A stretch of DNA of 64,000 nucleotides, from the NCBI GenBank assembly GCA_965113315.1, contig OZ220371.1. One strand, given 5' to 3'. Each line of letters starts with the position of its first letter. Position 1 is the first letter of the stretch. The position numbers were made by a program, and so were the translations under genes. Shown here piece by piece: positions 63,340 to 64,000 of this stretch. Source of the stretch: Podarcis vaucheri. Lineage: Eukaryota. Under the pieces are notes generated by a model. It ran no database searches, was not told the DNA's origin, and was given only the letters and a program-made list of their open reading frames with translations.

Positions 63340-64000
63340 ATTAATGAGGTTACTCGGGTTGGAGATGAAATGACAAGAGACCAACCAGATAGAATTCAAA
63401 ACACAGCAGTGGTTACACCTGATCCTTTATTGCAAAATACAGAGTGCAGTTGCAACAGGGGTTGCATTGTATACAGCCAGCCCTCTAGGTAAGTTTACCT
63501 TTCCACTCACCTACGTTCCCAAGGTCCCAAATGCAACCAAAGCAATGAACACAAACACCTTGGAGGACGGAATCAGTGTCGGAGCAGATGCATGTGAAGC
63601 CGTACGTCCAATGTTCAAGATGCATAGCTTTGGTGGAACCCTCCCACAATCCCATACCTACTTCAGCACTATCCAAATGTCTCACAGTCTTTCCCCATTG
63701 AGACAAAATGTAAGTTCTGTTATGGCAAGTGAGGCGGTTCCACTGAAGAAAGCCCGTCCCATGGTGAGATAGGTGTCAGTTTGTATTAACAGTTCCCATA
63801 CTTGAGTATTCTGTCACTTGGGTCGAAAGGGATGGCGAAGAAGGGACCAGTTATGCCTGATGCTTTATTGCAAAATATAGAGCGCAGTTGCAACAGGGGT
63901 TCTCGCTCCTAATCATCCAATGTGGTATGGAGAAAGAACCCTGAACAAAAGGAAGGCACAGCATTTTATACTTTTCTTACAGCACCATATGTTTCTAATA
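63340..64000 (-). mobile_element. LTR-like sequence with internal duplication
   Basis: ctttattgcaaaata(c/t)agag(t/c)gcagttgcaacaggggtt occurs at about 63425 and 63864; runs off the window end. Confidence 0.4.

Overview
Vertebrate genomic DNA from a squamate reptile, probably a lacertid lizard (inferred from Sauria SINEs, BovB, and the L2/CR1/Penelope repertoire). The left half holds the conserved TEX52(-) / FOXM1(-) / RHNO1(+) block, with FOXM1 and RHNO1 head-to-head on a CpG-island bidirectional promoter. FOXM1 splices into an intact ORF (8 coding exons, 2208 nt, 735 aa) but looks remodelled relative to human/chicken FOXM1 as I recall them. The core of the N-terminal autorepression domain is missing, three CDK S/T-P sites are lost, and the forkhead recognition helix reads WKSCVRHNLS instead of WKNSIRHNLS. 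The right half is TE-dense. It contains a decayed MROH-like multi-exon pseudogene, a deleted class II (beta-like) ERV with identical LTRs, a 6-bp TSD and a gamma-type env, and a Gmr1-like Gypsy element with a SCAN-like gag and nested inserts. There are also solo LTRs, hAT and Tc1/mariner MITEs, and LINE fragments. Penelope-like remnants in the window carry minimal hammerhead ribozyme motifs. All homology calls are by eye and from memory; no database search was run.
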